Shown piece by piece: positions 20,637 through 30,817 of a stretch of DNA of 64,000 bases. The notes under the pieces are model-generated. The model saw nothing but the letters and a program-made list of their open reading frames with translations, ran no database searches and was not told the origin of the DNA. The stretch's first letter is position 1. Each line of letters begins with the position of its first letter. This stretch comes from an uncultured delta proteobacterium. GTDB taxonomy: Bacteria > Desulfobacterota > Zymogenia > Zymogenales > Zymogenaceae. The stretch spans positions 78,905 to 142,904 of the forward strand of contig CAVTLK010000003.1 in NCBI GenBank assembly GCA_963735595.1, given 5' to 3'. A program made the translations under genes and the position numbers.

Positions 20637-21112
20637 CGTTCGTTCTCGTCGAGGGTTACCGCGGCCCACGCGGCGATCCCTTTTTTTCTCCCCTCAAATC
20701 CGAGGCCCTCGGTGGTGGTTGCCTTGATGTTTACGCGGTCGGGGGTCGTCTGGAGGGCGCCGGCTAATAACTCTGCCATCGAGCAGACAAAGGGGGAAAG
20801 CTTCGGGACTTCGGCGATAACCACGGCGTCGACGTTGTGAATCCGGTAGCCGGCCCTTGTGACCGTTTCGTAGGCGCGCGAGAGCAGGCCGATACTATCG
20901 GCGTCCTTGAAGGCGGGGTCCGTATCGGGAAAATGACGGCCGATGTCGCCCAGGCCCGCCGCGCCAAGGATTGCGTCGGTGACGGCATGACAGAGGACAT
21001 CGGCGTCGGAATGGCCCAGCAGTCCCTTCGAATGGGGGACTGTTACGCCGCCGATGATCAGTTTACGATTCCGGACAAGCCGGTGGACGTCGTATCCGAT
21101 ACCGATCCTCAT
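20633..21112 (-). CDS. ispF: 2-C-methyl-D-erythritol 2,4-cyclodiphosphate synthase
   Basis: [41 protein letters not shown]. Confidence 0.95.
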   Translation of the reverse strand: MRIGIGYDVHRLVRNRKLIIGGVTVPHSKGLLGHSDADVLCHAVTDAILGAAGLGDIGRHFPDTDPAFKDADSIGLLSRAYETVTRAGYRIHNVDAVVIAEVPKLSPFVCSMAELLAGALQTTPDRVNIKATTTEGLGFEGRKKGIAAWAAVTLDENER

Positions 21113-21172
21113 GGACTCCCGGAGGGCGGGGCCCGGAGCAGATCCGGGCCGCCGAACCATTAGTGATTCTGA

Positions 21173-22198
21173 TTAGCTGCTTTCGGAGACCTTATCCGCG
21201 CCCTCTCCCTTGAGGACGGTAAATATCATTCTTCCCGCGGTGGTCTGCAACACGGAGGTTACCGAAACGTCTATATTGCGCCCGAGGTACTGCTTGGCGT
21301 TATCCACCACGACCATCGTCCCGTCATCGAGATAGGCGACACCCTGGCCCTCTTCCTTGCCCTCCTTGAGGACACGGACGTTCATCACCTCGCCGGGAAG
21401 CACCACCGGTTTGAGGGCATTGGCAAGCTGGTTGATGTTGAGGACCGTGAGTCCCTGGAGCTCAGCGACCTTGTTCAGGTTGAAGTCGTTGGTGAGGATC
21501 TTTCCCTTGTTCTTCTGCGCAAGGGCGATCAGTTTGTCGTCAACTTCCTTGATCTTCGGGAAGTCCATGTCTATGACCTGCACGTCAAGACCCACCTGCT
21601 TCTGCAGCTTGTTGAGGATGTCAAGACCGCGCCTGCCCCTGGTCCTCTTTATCGGGTCCGACGAGTCGGCGATGTGCTGGAGTTCGCGTAGCACAAACTG
21701 GGGGAGCTGGATCGTTCCTTCAATAAAACCCGTTTCGCAGAGGTCCGCTATGCGCCCGTCGATGATAACCGAGGTATCGAGGATCTTGTAGTTCTGTTCT
21801 TTTTCCTTTTCGGCCGGAGCCCTTCGGAAGAGCGTAAAGGTGATGTCCTCTCCCTTCTTGATCCCGATTCCGGCCCCCGTGTATCCGAACAGGATGTTAA
21901 TCAGGATGTACAGCGCGATCGTTTTGGAGTCGAGCGGCAATATCTTGAATATCAGTGCATACGAGACGATATTGGCGGCCAGGATACCGATCAACAGGCC
22001 TATCGTTCCCGCCATAATGACCCTCAGTGAAGTCTTCTTGGCCCAGGTAATAGCAATGATCACCAGGATCGCGAGGATTATCCCGAACACCGCGCCGAGG
22101 ACCGACGGATAGGGAAGAAAGGCAAAGACCGGGCCCGCAAGGTACCCGAAAAAAGCCGAGAAAAGAACCAGCAACACACGTAAAATGTAGGTATACAA
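21173..22198 (-). CDS. Membrane-anchored PIN/TRAM-domain protein (YacL family)
   Basis: N-terminal TM helices; KILDTSVIIDGRI; LTNDFNLNKVA; YLDDGTMVVV; VLQTTAGRMIF. Confidence 0.92.
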   Translation of the reverse strand: MYTYILRVLLVLFSAFFGYLAGPVFAFLPYPSVLGAVFGIILAILVIIAITWAKKTSLRVIMAGTIGLLIGILAANIVSYALIFKILPLDSKTIALYILINILFGYTGAGIGIKKGEDITFTLFRRAPAEKEKEQNYKILDTSVIIDGRIADLCETGFIEGTIQLPQFVLRELQHIADSSDPIKRTRGRRGLDILNKLQKQVGLDVQVIDMDFPKIKEVDDKLIALAQKNKGKILTNDFNLNKVAELQGLTVLNINQLANALKPVVLPGEVMNVRVLKEGKEEGQGVAYLDDGTMVVVDNAKQYLGRNIDVSVTSVLQTTAGRMIFTVLKGEGADKVSESS

Positions 22199-22401
22199 GG
22201 TATAATTACCTCCTATAAATATGAGCCCCGCTCTATGCGTATGACAATCCCTGCGCCGTGGCAGCCTATGGCGCCTATACGATTATTATACTACACTTTG
22301 AGCCGGACGCTCGCTTGTCGCAAAAAAAGACTGGGATTCTTTTCATGGAAAAGGATAGCGATCGATTGTCGAAAGGCAGGTTACGTCCTAATTGCCGTGA
22401 T

Positions 22402-22890
22402 TTATTCCTTTTGGAAGATGGTTTTTAAATCAGACCGTATCTTATTCTCGTCGGTTCCCTGGGCTATGGCGAGCTCCTTGACCAGGAGGGTCGTCGCCAT
22501 ATCCAACAGCTTGCGCTCTCCAAAGGAAAGCTCTTTATCCTGTTTTAGTATATATAAATCCCGTAAGACCGCGGCGATCTCAAAGACGGAACCGGTCTTA
22601 ATTTTTTCCATGTATTCCCGGTATCTTCTGTTCCACGTTTGATTATCGATTGCTATCCCTTTTTCGCTCAGTATATCGTAGACCTCCTTGACCTTTTTTC
22701 TGGGTATAATCTGCCGTAGGCCGACGTTCCTAATATTGCAGGAAGGGATCATGATGGTCATGCCATTGTCCATGATGCGCATGGTATAGAATAGCTGGCA
22801 CGAGCCCGAAATTATCTTCTCTTCTATGGACTCGATAACGCCGACGCCGTGCGCGGGATATACGGCCAGATCGCCCACCTTAAATATTAT
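22402..22890 (-). CDS. carD: CarD family transcription factor (start codon uncertain)
   Basis: FKVGDLAVYPAHGVGVI, TWNRRYREYMEKIKTG, LSFGERKLL. Confidence 0.92.
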   Translation of the reverse strand: MIFKVGDLAVYPAHGVGVIESIEEKIISGSCQLFYTMRIMDNGMTIMIPSCNIRNVGLRQIIPRKKVKEVYDILSEKGIAIDNQTWNRRYREYMEKIKTGSVFEIAAVLRDLYILKQDKELSFGERKLLDMATTLLVKELAIAQGTDENKIRSDLKTIFQKE

Positions 22891-22977
22891 TGAAAAGACC
22901 TCCCGGGTACTCAGAGATTATCCCTCCTGTAGTGAAATAAAACAGCCATACCTGCCTATATGGACAAGCAGTATCGT

Positions 22978-23706
22978 CTATTGGCTCTTTGGCTGGGGCA
23001 TTGGTTTCAGGATGATTTCAATTCTTCGGTTTCTGGCCTTTCCTTCCCCGGTCGAATTATCAGCCACGGGGTGATATTCCGAAACCCCGGACGCCGAGAG
23101 GAGTGCGGGATCTACTCCAACTTTTTCCTGGAGGTACCTCACGACGACGACCGCCCGCGCCGTGGAGAGCTCCCAGTTGGTAGGAAATCGCGGCTTCAAT
23201 GCGGGGCTGATGGGGACGTTATCGGTATGACCTTCGACGACGATCTTTTTATCTTTGACGTTCTTGAGTATATCACCCACGCGGGTCAGAACCGCCAACC
23301 CTTCCTTTTTTATGGTCGTTTTACCTGAGTCAAAGAGGATCTTATCCAGGACATTTACCGAAAGCTCACCTTTCAGATTGGTGATCTCGATGTTTCCCTC
23401 GTCAATCTCCTTTTTCATCTCGTCGATGAGGGCCTTATAGGTCTCATCAACCTCTTCGATCTCCTCGGCCTTCTTCTTGTCGCTGATCGTCAGGTCTTCG
23501 AGGCGAGCCTCGGCTTCTTTGAGCTGGGCGTCTTTCACCTCAAGGTCGGCTTTAGCCTTATCCAGGAGGTTTTGCAGGGCGAACAGCTCATCATCCTTGG
23601 ATCGTAAGTCCGAAGCGGCAGGCCGGTAATGAGAGAAGTAGAACCAGCCGAAGGCACCGGTCAGAGCAATCACAAGGGCAAGCAATGAATAGGTAGCGTA
23701 TTTCAT
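22978..23706 (-). CDS. OmpA/MotB-family protein (TM anchor, coiled coil, peptidoglycan-binding domain)
   Basis: ILFDSGK, VEGHTDNVP, NWELSTARA, NRRIEI. Confidence 0.9.
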   Translation of the reverse strand: MKYATYSLLALVIALTGAFGWFYFSHYRPAASDLRSKDDELFALQNLLDKAKADLEVKDAQLKEAEARLEDLTISDKKKAEEIEEVDETYKALIDEMKKEIDEGNIEITNLKGELSVNVLDKILFDSGKTTIKKEGLAVLTRVGDILKNVKDKKIVVEGHTDNVPISPALKPRFPTNWELSTARAVVVVRYLQEKVGVDPALLSASGVSEYHPVADNSTGEGKARNRRIEIILKPMPQPKSQ

Positions 23707-23868
23707 ACACTCGTCACACTATTTAGTATTATACTATACTTTTCGTCGTCTGTCAACGAGATTAGTTATTTTTATAGACCGCGAGACCGCCATTCCCGGA
23801 CGCAAAAGCACCCCGCACCTATGATCGGTTCGATCACAGCCATGAAAAACGGCCCGGCGTGAATTCGG

Positions 23869-25176
23869 CTACGGCATGGCGGCGCCGTTGCTCTGGATCT
23901 GGCGCTCTACACGATCGGCCGTTTCCATCCCCTTTTTGTGGTTGACCGTGAGCAGCATCAATCCGCCGCAGATGAAGAAAAATACGATCGATACGATAGA
24001 AAGCCTACTGCTCCCGGTGAATTGGGCCACCAGCGCGAAGATGAACGGCCCCAGTATCCCGGATACCTTCGAACTGACGTCGTAGAATCCGAAAAACTCC
24101 GCCGTCTTGCTCTTGGGAACCATCGAGCCGTAGAGGGAGCGGGAGAGCGCCTGGGAACCTCCCTGTACCATTGATACGATGACGGCCATGATCCAGAAGT
24201 GGAGCGCGTTTTGGATGAAGTATCCTCCGATGGCGATCCCGGTGTAGATGACCAGCGAGATCAGTATGCCGGTCTTGGGGGATAGGCGACCGGCGATCCT
24301 TCCAAAAAGGAGGGTAAACGGGATGCCAAGGAACTGGACGGCCAGGATCGCCCCGATGAGGTCGGTCTGGGCGATACCGATTTCCGAGCCGAAGACCGTC
24401 GCCATCACGATAATCGTCCCGATGCCGTCATTGTAGAGCCAAAAGGCGATCAGCATCTTGAATGTCTCTTTGAAGTTCCTTACCTCGGCGAAGGTCTTTG
24501 CCAGCCGCTGAAAACCGGCCGCCACGGGATTGCGATATTCCCCTTTGATGATAGTGACCGGGGGTTCCGGGACGTTGAGCATGACCGGCAGCGTGAAGAC
24601 CGCCCACCAGATCCCGACAGTCAGAAACGAGATACGCGACCCCCACTCGGCGTTCGCGATGCCGAAGAGCTCCGGCTTCATGATCATGGCGAGATTGAGG
24701 GCTAACAGGATACCCCCTCCCAGGTAACCGAGGGCGTATCCCTGGGTTGACACCGTATCGATGCGGTCGCCTGCAATGTGCGGGAGGAGGGAGTCATTGA
24801 AAATGATTGAGCTGGTAAACGAGATGCTCCCGAGGATATAGAAGAGAGAGGCCAGCATCCAGTCGCCAGTGGACACCACCACCAGCAGCGCCGCCGCGAT
24901 TGACCCGGTCAGCGCGAAGAAACCCATGAACCGCTTGCGTGCCCCGGTATGGTCGGCAATGGCGCCGAGAATGGGGGCGAGGATCGCCCCCGTGATCATC
25001 GCGATGGAAACGGTATATCCCCAATAGGCCGATGCGATATTCGGCTTCAGGTCGGCCCCGGCGACCTTGCTGAAGAAGGTCGGCAGGACGGCCGCCATGA
25101 TTGTCGTCGCAAAGGCGGAATTTGCCCAGTCGTACATGCACCAGCTGAAAATGACTTTTCTATTGGATTTCATCAC
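23869..25176 (-). CDS. MFS transporter, UMF1/Atg22-like family
   Basis: SWCMYDWANSAF, GYALGYLGG, QALSRSLY, AEFFGFY. Confidence 0.9.
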   Translation of the reverse strand: MMKSNRKVIFSWCMYDWANSAFATTIMAAVLPTFFSKVAGADLKPNIASAYWGYTVSIAMITGAILAPILGAIADHTGARKRFMGFFALTGSIAAALLVVVSTGDWMLASLFYILGSISFTSSIIFNDSLLPHIAGDRIDTVSTQGYALGYLGGGILLALNLAMIMKPELFGIANAEWGSRISFLTVGIWWAVFTLPVMLNVPEPPVTIIKGEYRNPVAAGFQRLAKTFAEVRNFKETFKMLIAFWLYNDGIGTIIVMATVFGSEIGIAQTDLIGAILAVQFLGIPFTLLFGRIAGRLSPKTGILISLVIYTGIAIGGYFIQNALHFWIMAVIVSMVQGGSQALSRSLYGSMVPKSKTAEFFGFYDVSSKVSGILGPFIFALVAQFTGSSRLSIVSIVFFFICGGLMLLTVNHKKGMETADRVERQIQSNGAAMP

Positions 25177-25304
25177 CCCTCTCCTTATTAGCTATAATGA
25201 AAAATTGTACGGTATATCATCCCTGTTTTCAAGGTAAATGATGCGAACCCGGCCAAAAGGGAGTTGACAGACGGGGTGATGCGTCATAAGATGAGCCCGA
25301 TACG

Positions 25305-26147
25305 ATGAAAACACTCTGGAAATTTACCCTTCATCCGAAGGGGGGGGTCGACCTCGCCCCGCTGGCAGCCGACGGCAGGCTGTATGCCCTGGCCGATTAT
25401 TCCGTATGGGCCCTTAATTTACGATGGGGCTTCTGTTATTACAGACAACCCATTCTCGGTTCCTGGGCCAGGTTCCTTTTCCCCGAGCAGGGATGGATAA
25501 AACGGTTTATTGAACACCGGGGGCTGCTCTACGTCATGGCGGCCGATAGATTTGGCCGCGTCAAACCGGTTGTTTTTGATCCCGAAAAACGGCAGCTGAT
25601 CGAGGCCGATCCCGGGCCCCTGTCTCGGGGGGTCAAATTTATCTTCACCTCCGGTGTCAAGGTCGAGCGGTGTTATCTCGATGGGAGATTTCGGGAGGGG
25701 ATCAGCGCTTACCTCCACCATGAAAAAACGCTCCTCTGGAACAGCACCGACCGGCTTCGGCCCGCCATAAAATATACCGAGGTCATGGGCGACATCCTGC
25801 AGGTGAACGATACGATCGTCGTCTGCCAGAATTACTTTTCAAGAAGGCGCCATATGCCCGCCGGTTACTCTATCACTGCGTTCCATCATCGGACCGGAGC
25901 TACCGTCTGGAACATAGAATCGTATACCTACACCCACCGGTTGTTCCCGTTTGCTGTCGTCGGGGACAACATGTATATAACCGGGGGCGGGCATAAGGAC
26001 GGTTTTTTCAGAAAGATCGATCTGGCCGGCGGTAAAACGCTGGTCAATGAGCCGTTTGATCCCGTCGATTCCGGGGTCGCCCACCACGGTGGTATATTCT
26101 ATTTCGGCGCCGGGGGGCAGGTTATCGCCCTCACGGAGGATGAGTAA
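25305..26147 (+). CDS. Hypothetical protein, possibly PQQ-like beta-propeller
   Basis: 280-aa ORF after TTGACA-N17-TAAGAT; blade-like segments (TGATVWN, KIDLAGGKTL, IFYFGAGGQVIAL). Confidence 0.55.
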   Translation: MKTLWKFTLHPKGGVDLAPLAADGRLYALADYSVWALNLRWGFCYYRQPILGSWARFLFPEQGWIKRFIEHRGLLYVMAADRFGRVKPVVFDPEKRQLIEADPGPLSRGVKFIFTSGVKVERCYLDGRFREGISAYLHHEKTLLWNSTDRLRPAIKYTEVMGDILQVNDTIVVCQNYFSRRRHMPAGYSITAFHHRTGATVWNIESYTYTHRLFPFAVVGDNMYITGGGHKDGFFRKIDLAGGKTLVNEPFDPVDSGVAHHGGIFYFGAGGQVIALTEDE

Positions 26148-26177
26148 GAAAGACGGCAATTAGCCGATAGATAAACG

Positions 26178-26206
26178 ACGGGCGCGGGATTTCTCCCGCG
26201 CCCGTC
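26178..26206. terminator. Hairpin between convergent genes
   Basis: ACGGGCGCGGGA-TTTC-TCCCGCGCCCGT. Confidence 0.65.
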
Positions 26207-26231
26207 CTATTGTAACACCACGGAGTTTCGG

Positions 26232-26924
26232 CTATATCCAGCCGAGGATTCCCATGAACAGGATCAGGCAGACGATGTCTATGGCGTACATCGTCGAGAC
26301 GACGGCGATCTTCTTTTTCATGGAAGGCATGTCGTATACCCAGAAGGAGAAGAACATATAGAGCGAATATCCGATGATGATGATGAGGATCGGGTTATAC
26401 CAGTTCCACCACCAGTATTCCCAGATCAGTGCGTCCCACCGGTTGAGACCGATCTCGGTGACGACACAGAGGATAGCGTTCACGAAGGCGAACAAAACCC
26501 GGTTGGGTATGCCCATGATTTTCAGCTTCTTATTCTTGGGGAGCACCTTGGCAAAGACGATCCCCATGAACGCGAACATCAGGGTAATCTCAATGTTGAG
26601 ACCCACGGTGATGAGAAGGGCGCTGTCGGCGGGGGCAGTCCAGATCGCCGAATGTCCGTGGAAATAGAGGAAGAGCGCGTTGAGGATTTCCAGGAACCAT
26701 TCCAGGCCCCAGAAGGCTAATCCTGCCATCAGGACGTTCCAGTTCTTCTTCTCGATTTCGGTGAAATAGATATAGAAGACGAGAAGATAAATGGGGACGA
26801 GATACCACTGGAAGAGATCAAGACTCCTCAAATTGGCGATTGCCAGGTTGGTCGCGTCCGTGTAGGTCGGGTCGGGCATCAGTCCGATCGCCCGTGAACC
26901 TGCCCCCAAAAGGATCGAGTTCAT
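26232..26924 (-). CDS. Integral membrane hypothetical protein
   Basis: AGGAGG RBS; about 6 hydrophobic segments. Confidence 0.75.
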   Translation of the reverse strand: MNSILLGAGSRAIGLMPDPTYTDATNLAIANLRSLDLFQWYLVPIYLLVFYIYFTEIEKKNWNVLMAGLAFWGLEWFLEILNALFLYFHGHSAIWTAPADSALLITVGLNIEITLMFAFMGIVFAKVLPKNKKLKIMGIPNRVLFAFVNAILCVVTEIGLNRWDALIWEYWWWNWYNPILIIIIGYSLYMFFSFWVYDMPSMKKKIAVVSTMYAIDIVCLILFMGILGWI

Positions 26925-27003
26925 ACCACACCTCCTATAATTAGTTTCTCCCCCTGGCGCATCGGTCTGTCGCGGGCCCTTCGATGTTGAAGCGATACGC
27001 CGA

Positions 27004-28092
27004 TTACTTTAACATGAGATCGTCCTTAAGACGCATCATGAAATTCTCGGTTTCAAGGTCGATCGGCCCCGGCAAGCGGTATCCGGCCGACATATCGCCG
27101 GTCAGGAGAATCGGCGGAGTTTCGATAAGGTCACCATCGAGATAGGGCCCCGAATCGCCGACGGTATTGGCAAGACGATTCGCGTTGGAGACGGCCGCGA
27201 TGCGTTCGGGCGTAAGGAAGAAATCGACGAAGAGGCGGGCGGCGTCGGCATTTTCGGAGGCCGCGGGAATAACCCACACCAGGAGCCATAACGCCGTCCC
27301 CGATGCCGGAACGGCATATTCCAACTCGTCCCTATTGCTCACGGCTGACATCGCCGATGAGCTGTCGATATATGCGACATAGGATGAGCCATCAACCAGG
27401 TGATCTATAATCTCGGAGACCTGGAAATATCCGCGCGCGACCTTTCGCTGCTCGTAGAGGAGGTCGGCCGCCCGGTTGAGGGTATCCGTATCGGCCTCGC
27501 CGAGGGCGGCGCCGAGGTCCCGAAGCGCCGCCTCCAGCACCAGCCGAATGTCGTCCGGCATGTCGATCTTACCGGAGAAAGTATGGTCGAATAATATTCC
27601 CCATTCAACGACCGGGTCCGTTACGACGTTCCGGTTGACCACGATCCCGAAGGTCCCCCAGAGAAACGGAACGCAAAAAACGCCGTTGGGATCGAAGGGG
27701 ACGGTGGAAAAGGGAGAGGAAACGGCGGCGCTGTTTGGAATCGACGCCCGGTCTATCTCGGCCAACGATCCCTGGTCGATCAAAAGGGGCAGCAGCAGGG
27801 AATCGATGAGGGCAAGGTCGAAGCTGCCGTCGGCTACCGTGAGGTCCGGGTAATCGGTCGGGTCGGCGATAACGACCGTAATCCCGGTTTGGGTCATGAA
27901 TTCGGTGACGAGCGCTTCGGGAAGGTATTGGGGTCTGCAGAGGACCGAAAGGATTAGCCCTACGGGCTGCGCCATCCGGCCGGCGTCTTCGACGGGCTGC
28001 TCGGCAGTATGCGACGGCGGGGGTGTTTGTTTTCCCTGGGAACATCCGAGACCGAGCATGAGAACGACGACCAGGGCCGCCAGCGCGGGCAT
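27004..28092 (-). CDS. PotD/PotF-like ABC substrate-binding lipoprotein
   Basis: Lipobox LGLGC; FMTQTGITV, FDPNGVFCVPFLWGTFGIVVN, FVDFFLTPE. Confidence 0.8.
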   Translation of the reverse strand: MPALAALVVVLMLGLGCSQGKQTPPPSHTAEQPVEDAGRMAQPVGLILSVLCRPQYLPEALVTEFMTQTGITVVIADPTDYPDLTVADGSFDLALIDSLLLPLLIDQGSLAEIDRASIPNSAAVSSPFSTVPFDPNGVFCVPFLWGTFGIVVNRNVVTDPVVEWGILFDHTFSGKIDMPDDIRLVLEAALRDLGAALGEADTDTLNRAADLLYEQRKVARGYFQVSEIIDHLVDGSSYVAYIDSSSAMSAVSNRDELEYAVPASGTALWLLVWVIPAASENADAARLFVDFFLTPERIAAVSNANRLANTVGDSGPYLDGDLIETPPILLTGDMSAGYRLPGPIDLETENFMMRLKDDLMLK

Positions 28093-28355
28093 CGGTGACA
28101 GGATACGGGGGGCCGGTTCCCGTGCGGCTGAAAACGGACCCGAAAGGCCGTTGCCCGTTCGGACCGGGTCAACGACCCACGTGCGGGATGAGAGCCCAGT
28201 CGTATCTTTCGCCGGCAGCCGCGCGTATATCGGTTAAGGGGAAACATTTTACAGGAGAATTCTACCAGATATGATAGAATTATGACAAGAAAAAAGACAG
28301 CCGCTATTTAATATGCATGAAACGGCTCTTTTCGAGGTTGTTTGCGGGCAGCGGG

Positions 28356-28792
28356 ATGAATGACGGGATTCTCATCGGCGTCGGAGCCCTCATCGAGGAC
28401 GGACAGGGCGGTGTTCTTCTGGTCAGACACAGGCCCGAGCGGGGCGGTTTCTGGCGCGGGACATGGATTCTGCCGGGGGGCATGCTCCGCGGTCGGGGAG
28501 ACGATCGACGATGGTATCGTGCGGGAGGTTGCCGAGGAGACGGGACTGACCGTCGAAGTCGTGGACTCGGAGATCGATCCGACCGAGCGGATCGTCCGCG
28601 AAGACGGGCGGGTGACGCTGCACGTCGTCTATATCGTCCGGCGGGCGCGCGTGCTCGGGGGAGATCGTCGCGCCCGGCAGCGACGTGGGGGAGGCGATAT
28701 GGGCGAATCAAGATAAGATCGCGGAGATACGGGCCGAGATTCACCCGGATACGATCAGGATATTGGAGTTGTACGGGATCGAATGTAGATAG
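28356..28792 (+). CDS. NUDIX hydrolase (two frameshifts as given)
   Basis: GVGALIED...WILPGG, then GETIDDGIVREVAEETGL (Nudix box) in another frame. Confidence 0.8.
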
Positions 28793-28883
28793 AAATAGTA
28801 TTACGAGAAGCCAATCGTATTACTGGCTCCAGTTAAAGCAAGTAACCTTCCTAAAAAACGCAGGGTTTTAGAGGTAGACGGTA

Positions 28884-30374
28884 ATGTGTCAATACTTGAC
28901 AAATTATCAGGTAAGTTGGGACGACTTAAGGCATCTTTCCAGAACATATAAATGCCCCCACGAGGCTATTTTCCCGCCGGATGAGTCAGGAAAAGAATAC
29001 TGCATATTCCACAGTGAACAGGAAGATAAGGACGTTAAGTTATTCTATGATGAGTTTAAAAAACTCTATGTATCAGGTGATCATAAGTTTGTTGGTTTTG
29101 TATTCCCCGAAGGACTCGACTTATCTCAGTTAGGTTCCGACCTTCATAAACCAATCATCTTTATTAATGCATCTTTCGCGAGAGCTGTCTTCTGCTGTAA
29201 TACAAATTTCCTTAACTGTACTTTTAAAGGTGAGGATCAAACTACATTCTATGGTGCGAAGTTCAAAAATGAGGGGACTACATCTTTCTCCTATGCATGG
29301 TTCCAAGGTAAACGAGAGACCGTATTCGTTAGGGCAGAATTCTTAAGCAAAGGTGGTACCGATTTTAACTTTACTGAGTTCAAGAGTTGTGGAAGGACTA
29401 TATTTGACCTTGCAACATTCTCATCCTGCGGCGCAATCAGTTTTATGAGAACCCAATTCTCGTCGCAAGGTGGAACCAGTTTCAATGGTACAAGTTTCTC
29501 GAGCGATAAACACATCTCGTTTAATAACACCCGATTCCTAGGTGATGGTAAGGTCATCTTCCGGGAAGAGACATTCGTTAGTGAAACAGACGTGGATTTT
29601 ATGAATGTCTTCTTCGAATATCCGGAGCGGGTAACGTTTGACGGGGTTAATCTGAATCGAGTCCGTTTTCTAGAGACAAGCTTGAAGGATATGAACTTGG
29701 GTGAGATCTGGTGGAAAAACAGGAAATACGGAAGAAGCAGACCCAAGAAGAGGAACATGGTTTTCGACGAGGAGTTTCAGACTGGGACGGTTTATCAGTT
29801 TCTCAGGTGGTTAAAGGGAATTATTAGAAGCGGTGTGGAACTGAAGGAATCGATCCTGCTTAAGAAGCTTCGAATTATCAAGAGCGGAACAGGAGGCAAC
29901 CATTATAACGTTCACCGCCTATATAACGACCTCCGCTTGAATTACGAGAGAACGGGTAGGTACCATGAGGCCGGGGATTTCTTTATCGGGGCGATGGAGA
30001 TGCGTAGGTGCGGGAATTTCGAAAAACCACTCATCCGTGTCCTACTCCATTTCTATCGAATCTTTTCCTTCTACGGCGAGCGGCCCGCGCAGGCATTTGT
30101 GTGGCTTTTCGGTTTGTGGGTGGGCTTTGCGTTTATCTACTCGTGGATAGGAATATTGTATCCGGCGCAGGGAGTCGGATACATTAAAGACCTCCTAAAC
30201 GGCCTTATGATCAGCCTCGATGTGCTCGCCCTCGGAAAGATGAGGCCGTTCTATGATGTTATAAATAGGCCGATAATACCCGCCATCAAGGCGGTCGAGA
30301 CGATCTTCGGCGCACTGTTCCTTTCTCTCTTCCTTCTTGCCATGAATAGGAAGTTCAGGAGAACGAAGGACTAA
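28884..30374 (+). CDS. Pentapeptide-repeat-like protein with C-terminal membrane segment
   Basis: YCIFH motif; ~13-aa periodic xxFxxAxF repeats; YGERP then three hydrophobic segments; visibly AT-richer than its neighbours. Confidence 0.75.
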   Translation: MCQYLTNYQVSWDDLRHLSRTYKCPHEAIFPPDESGKEYCIFHSEQEDKDVKLFYDEFKKLYVSGDHKFVGFVFPEGLDLSQLGSDLHKPIIFINASFARAVFCCNTNFLNCTFKGEDQTTFYGAKFKNEGTTSFSYAWFQGKRETVFVRAEFLSKGGTDFNFTEFKSCGRTIFDLATFSSCGAISFMRTQFSSQGGTSFNGTSFSSDKHISFNNTRFLGDGKVIFREETFVSETDVDFMNVFFEYPERVTFDGVNLNRVRFLETSLKDMNLGEIWWKNRKYGRSRPKKRNMVFDEEFQTGTVYQFLRWLKGIIRSGVELKESILLKKLRIIKSGTGGNHYNVHRLYNDLRLNYERTGRYHEAGDFFIGAMEMRRCGNFEKPLIRVLLHFYRIFSFYGERPAQAFVWLFGLWVGFAFIYSWIGILYPAQGVGYIKDLLNGLMISLDVLALGKMRPFYDVINRPIIPAIKAVETIFGALFLSLFLLAMNRKFRRTKD

Positions 30375-30448
30375 AGGTGCTTTCCTAAGGACTAATAAAC
30401 ACTTTCAGGACGATCGTGTTATCCCTACTAAACAAAAAAGCTACCCAC

Positions 30449-30531
30449 CGTCATTGCGAGGAGCGATCCTGCCGAAGCCGCGAGGAGCGTAAGCGACGTG
30501 GCGGGACGCGGCAATCCCCTGACTGTCACCG
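30449..30531 (+). repeat. GTCATTGCGAG-type palindromic repeat
   Basis: CGTCATTGCGAGGAGCG...AAGCGACGTGGC...GCAATCCCCTGACTGTCACCG. Confidence 0.7.
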
Positions 30532-30581
30532 GGAACCCTGACTAATATAAGTTGCTCATTGCAGCGCCGGAATTATACTCT

Positions 30582-30805
30582 TTATACGATGTCGTCGTTA
30601 AGGTCCCTCCATTCCACATTAAAACCGTCGAAAAGAAGATCCTTCTTCTTCCTCGACCCCGCCTTAAGTTGTTTTTCCCTTAGTATTGCCGCCTCCGCGC
30701 TTTCGACGGTTTCGAAATAGACCAGCTTTGAGACGTTATATGCCTTGGTAAATACTTTTACGAGTTTCTTTTTGTGTTCAGAATCGCGCCTTTCCCGATT
30801 CGACG
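30582..30805 (-). pseudogene. 5'-truncated GIY-YIG nuclease (UPF0213-like) remnant
   Basis: Manual translation: ...RERRDSEHKKKLVKVFTKAYNVSKLVYFETVESAEAAILREKQLKAGSRKKKDLLFDGFNVEWRDLNDDIV*; no start codon and no N-terminal GIY/YIG motif. Confidence 0.8.
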
Positions 30806-30817
30806 GGCGGATCGTTG

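Noticed and set aside
22978..23706. Flagellar motB
   Set aside because: No motA neighbour and no conserved TM Asp motif; left as OmpA/MotB family
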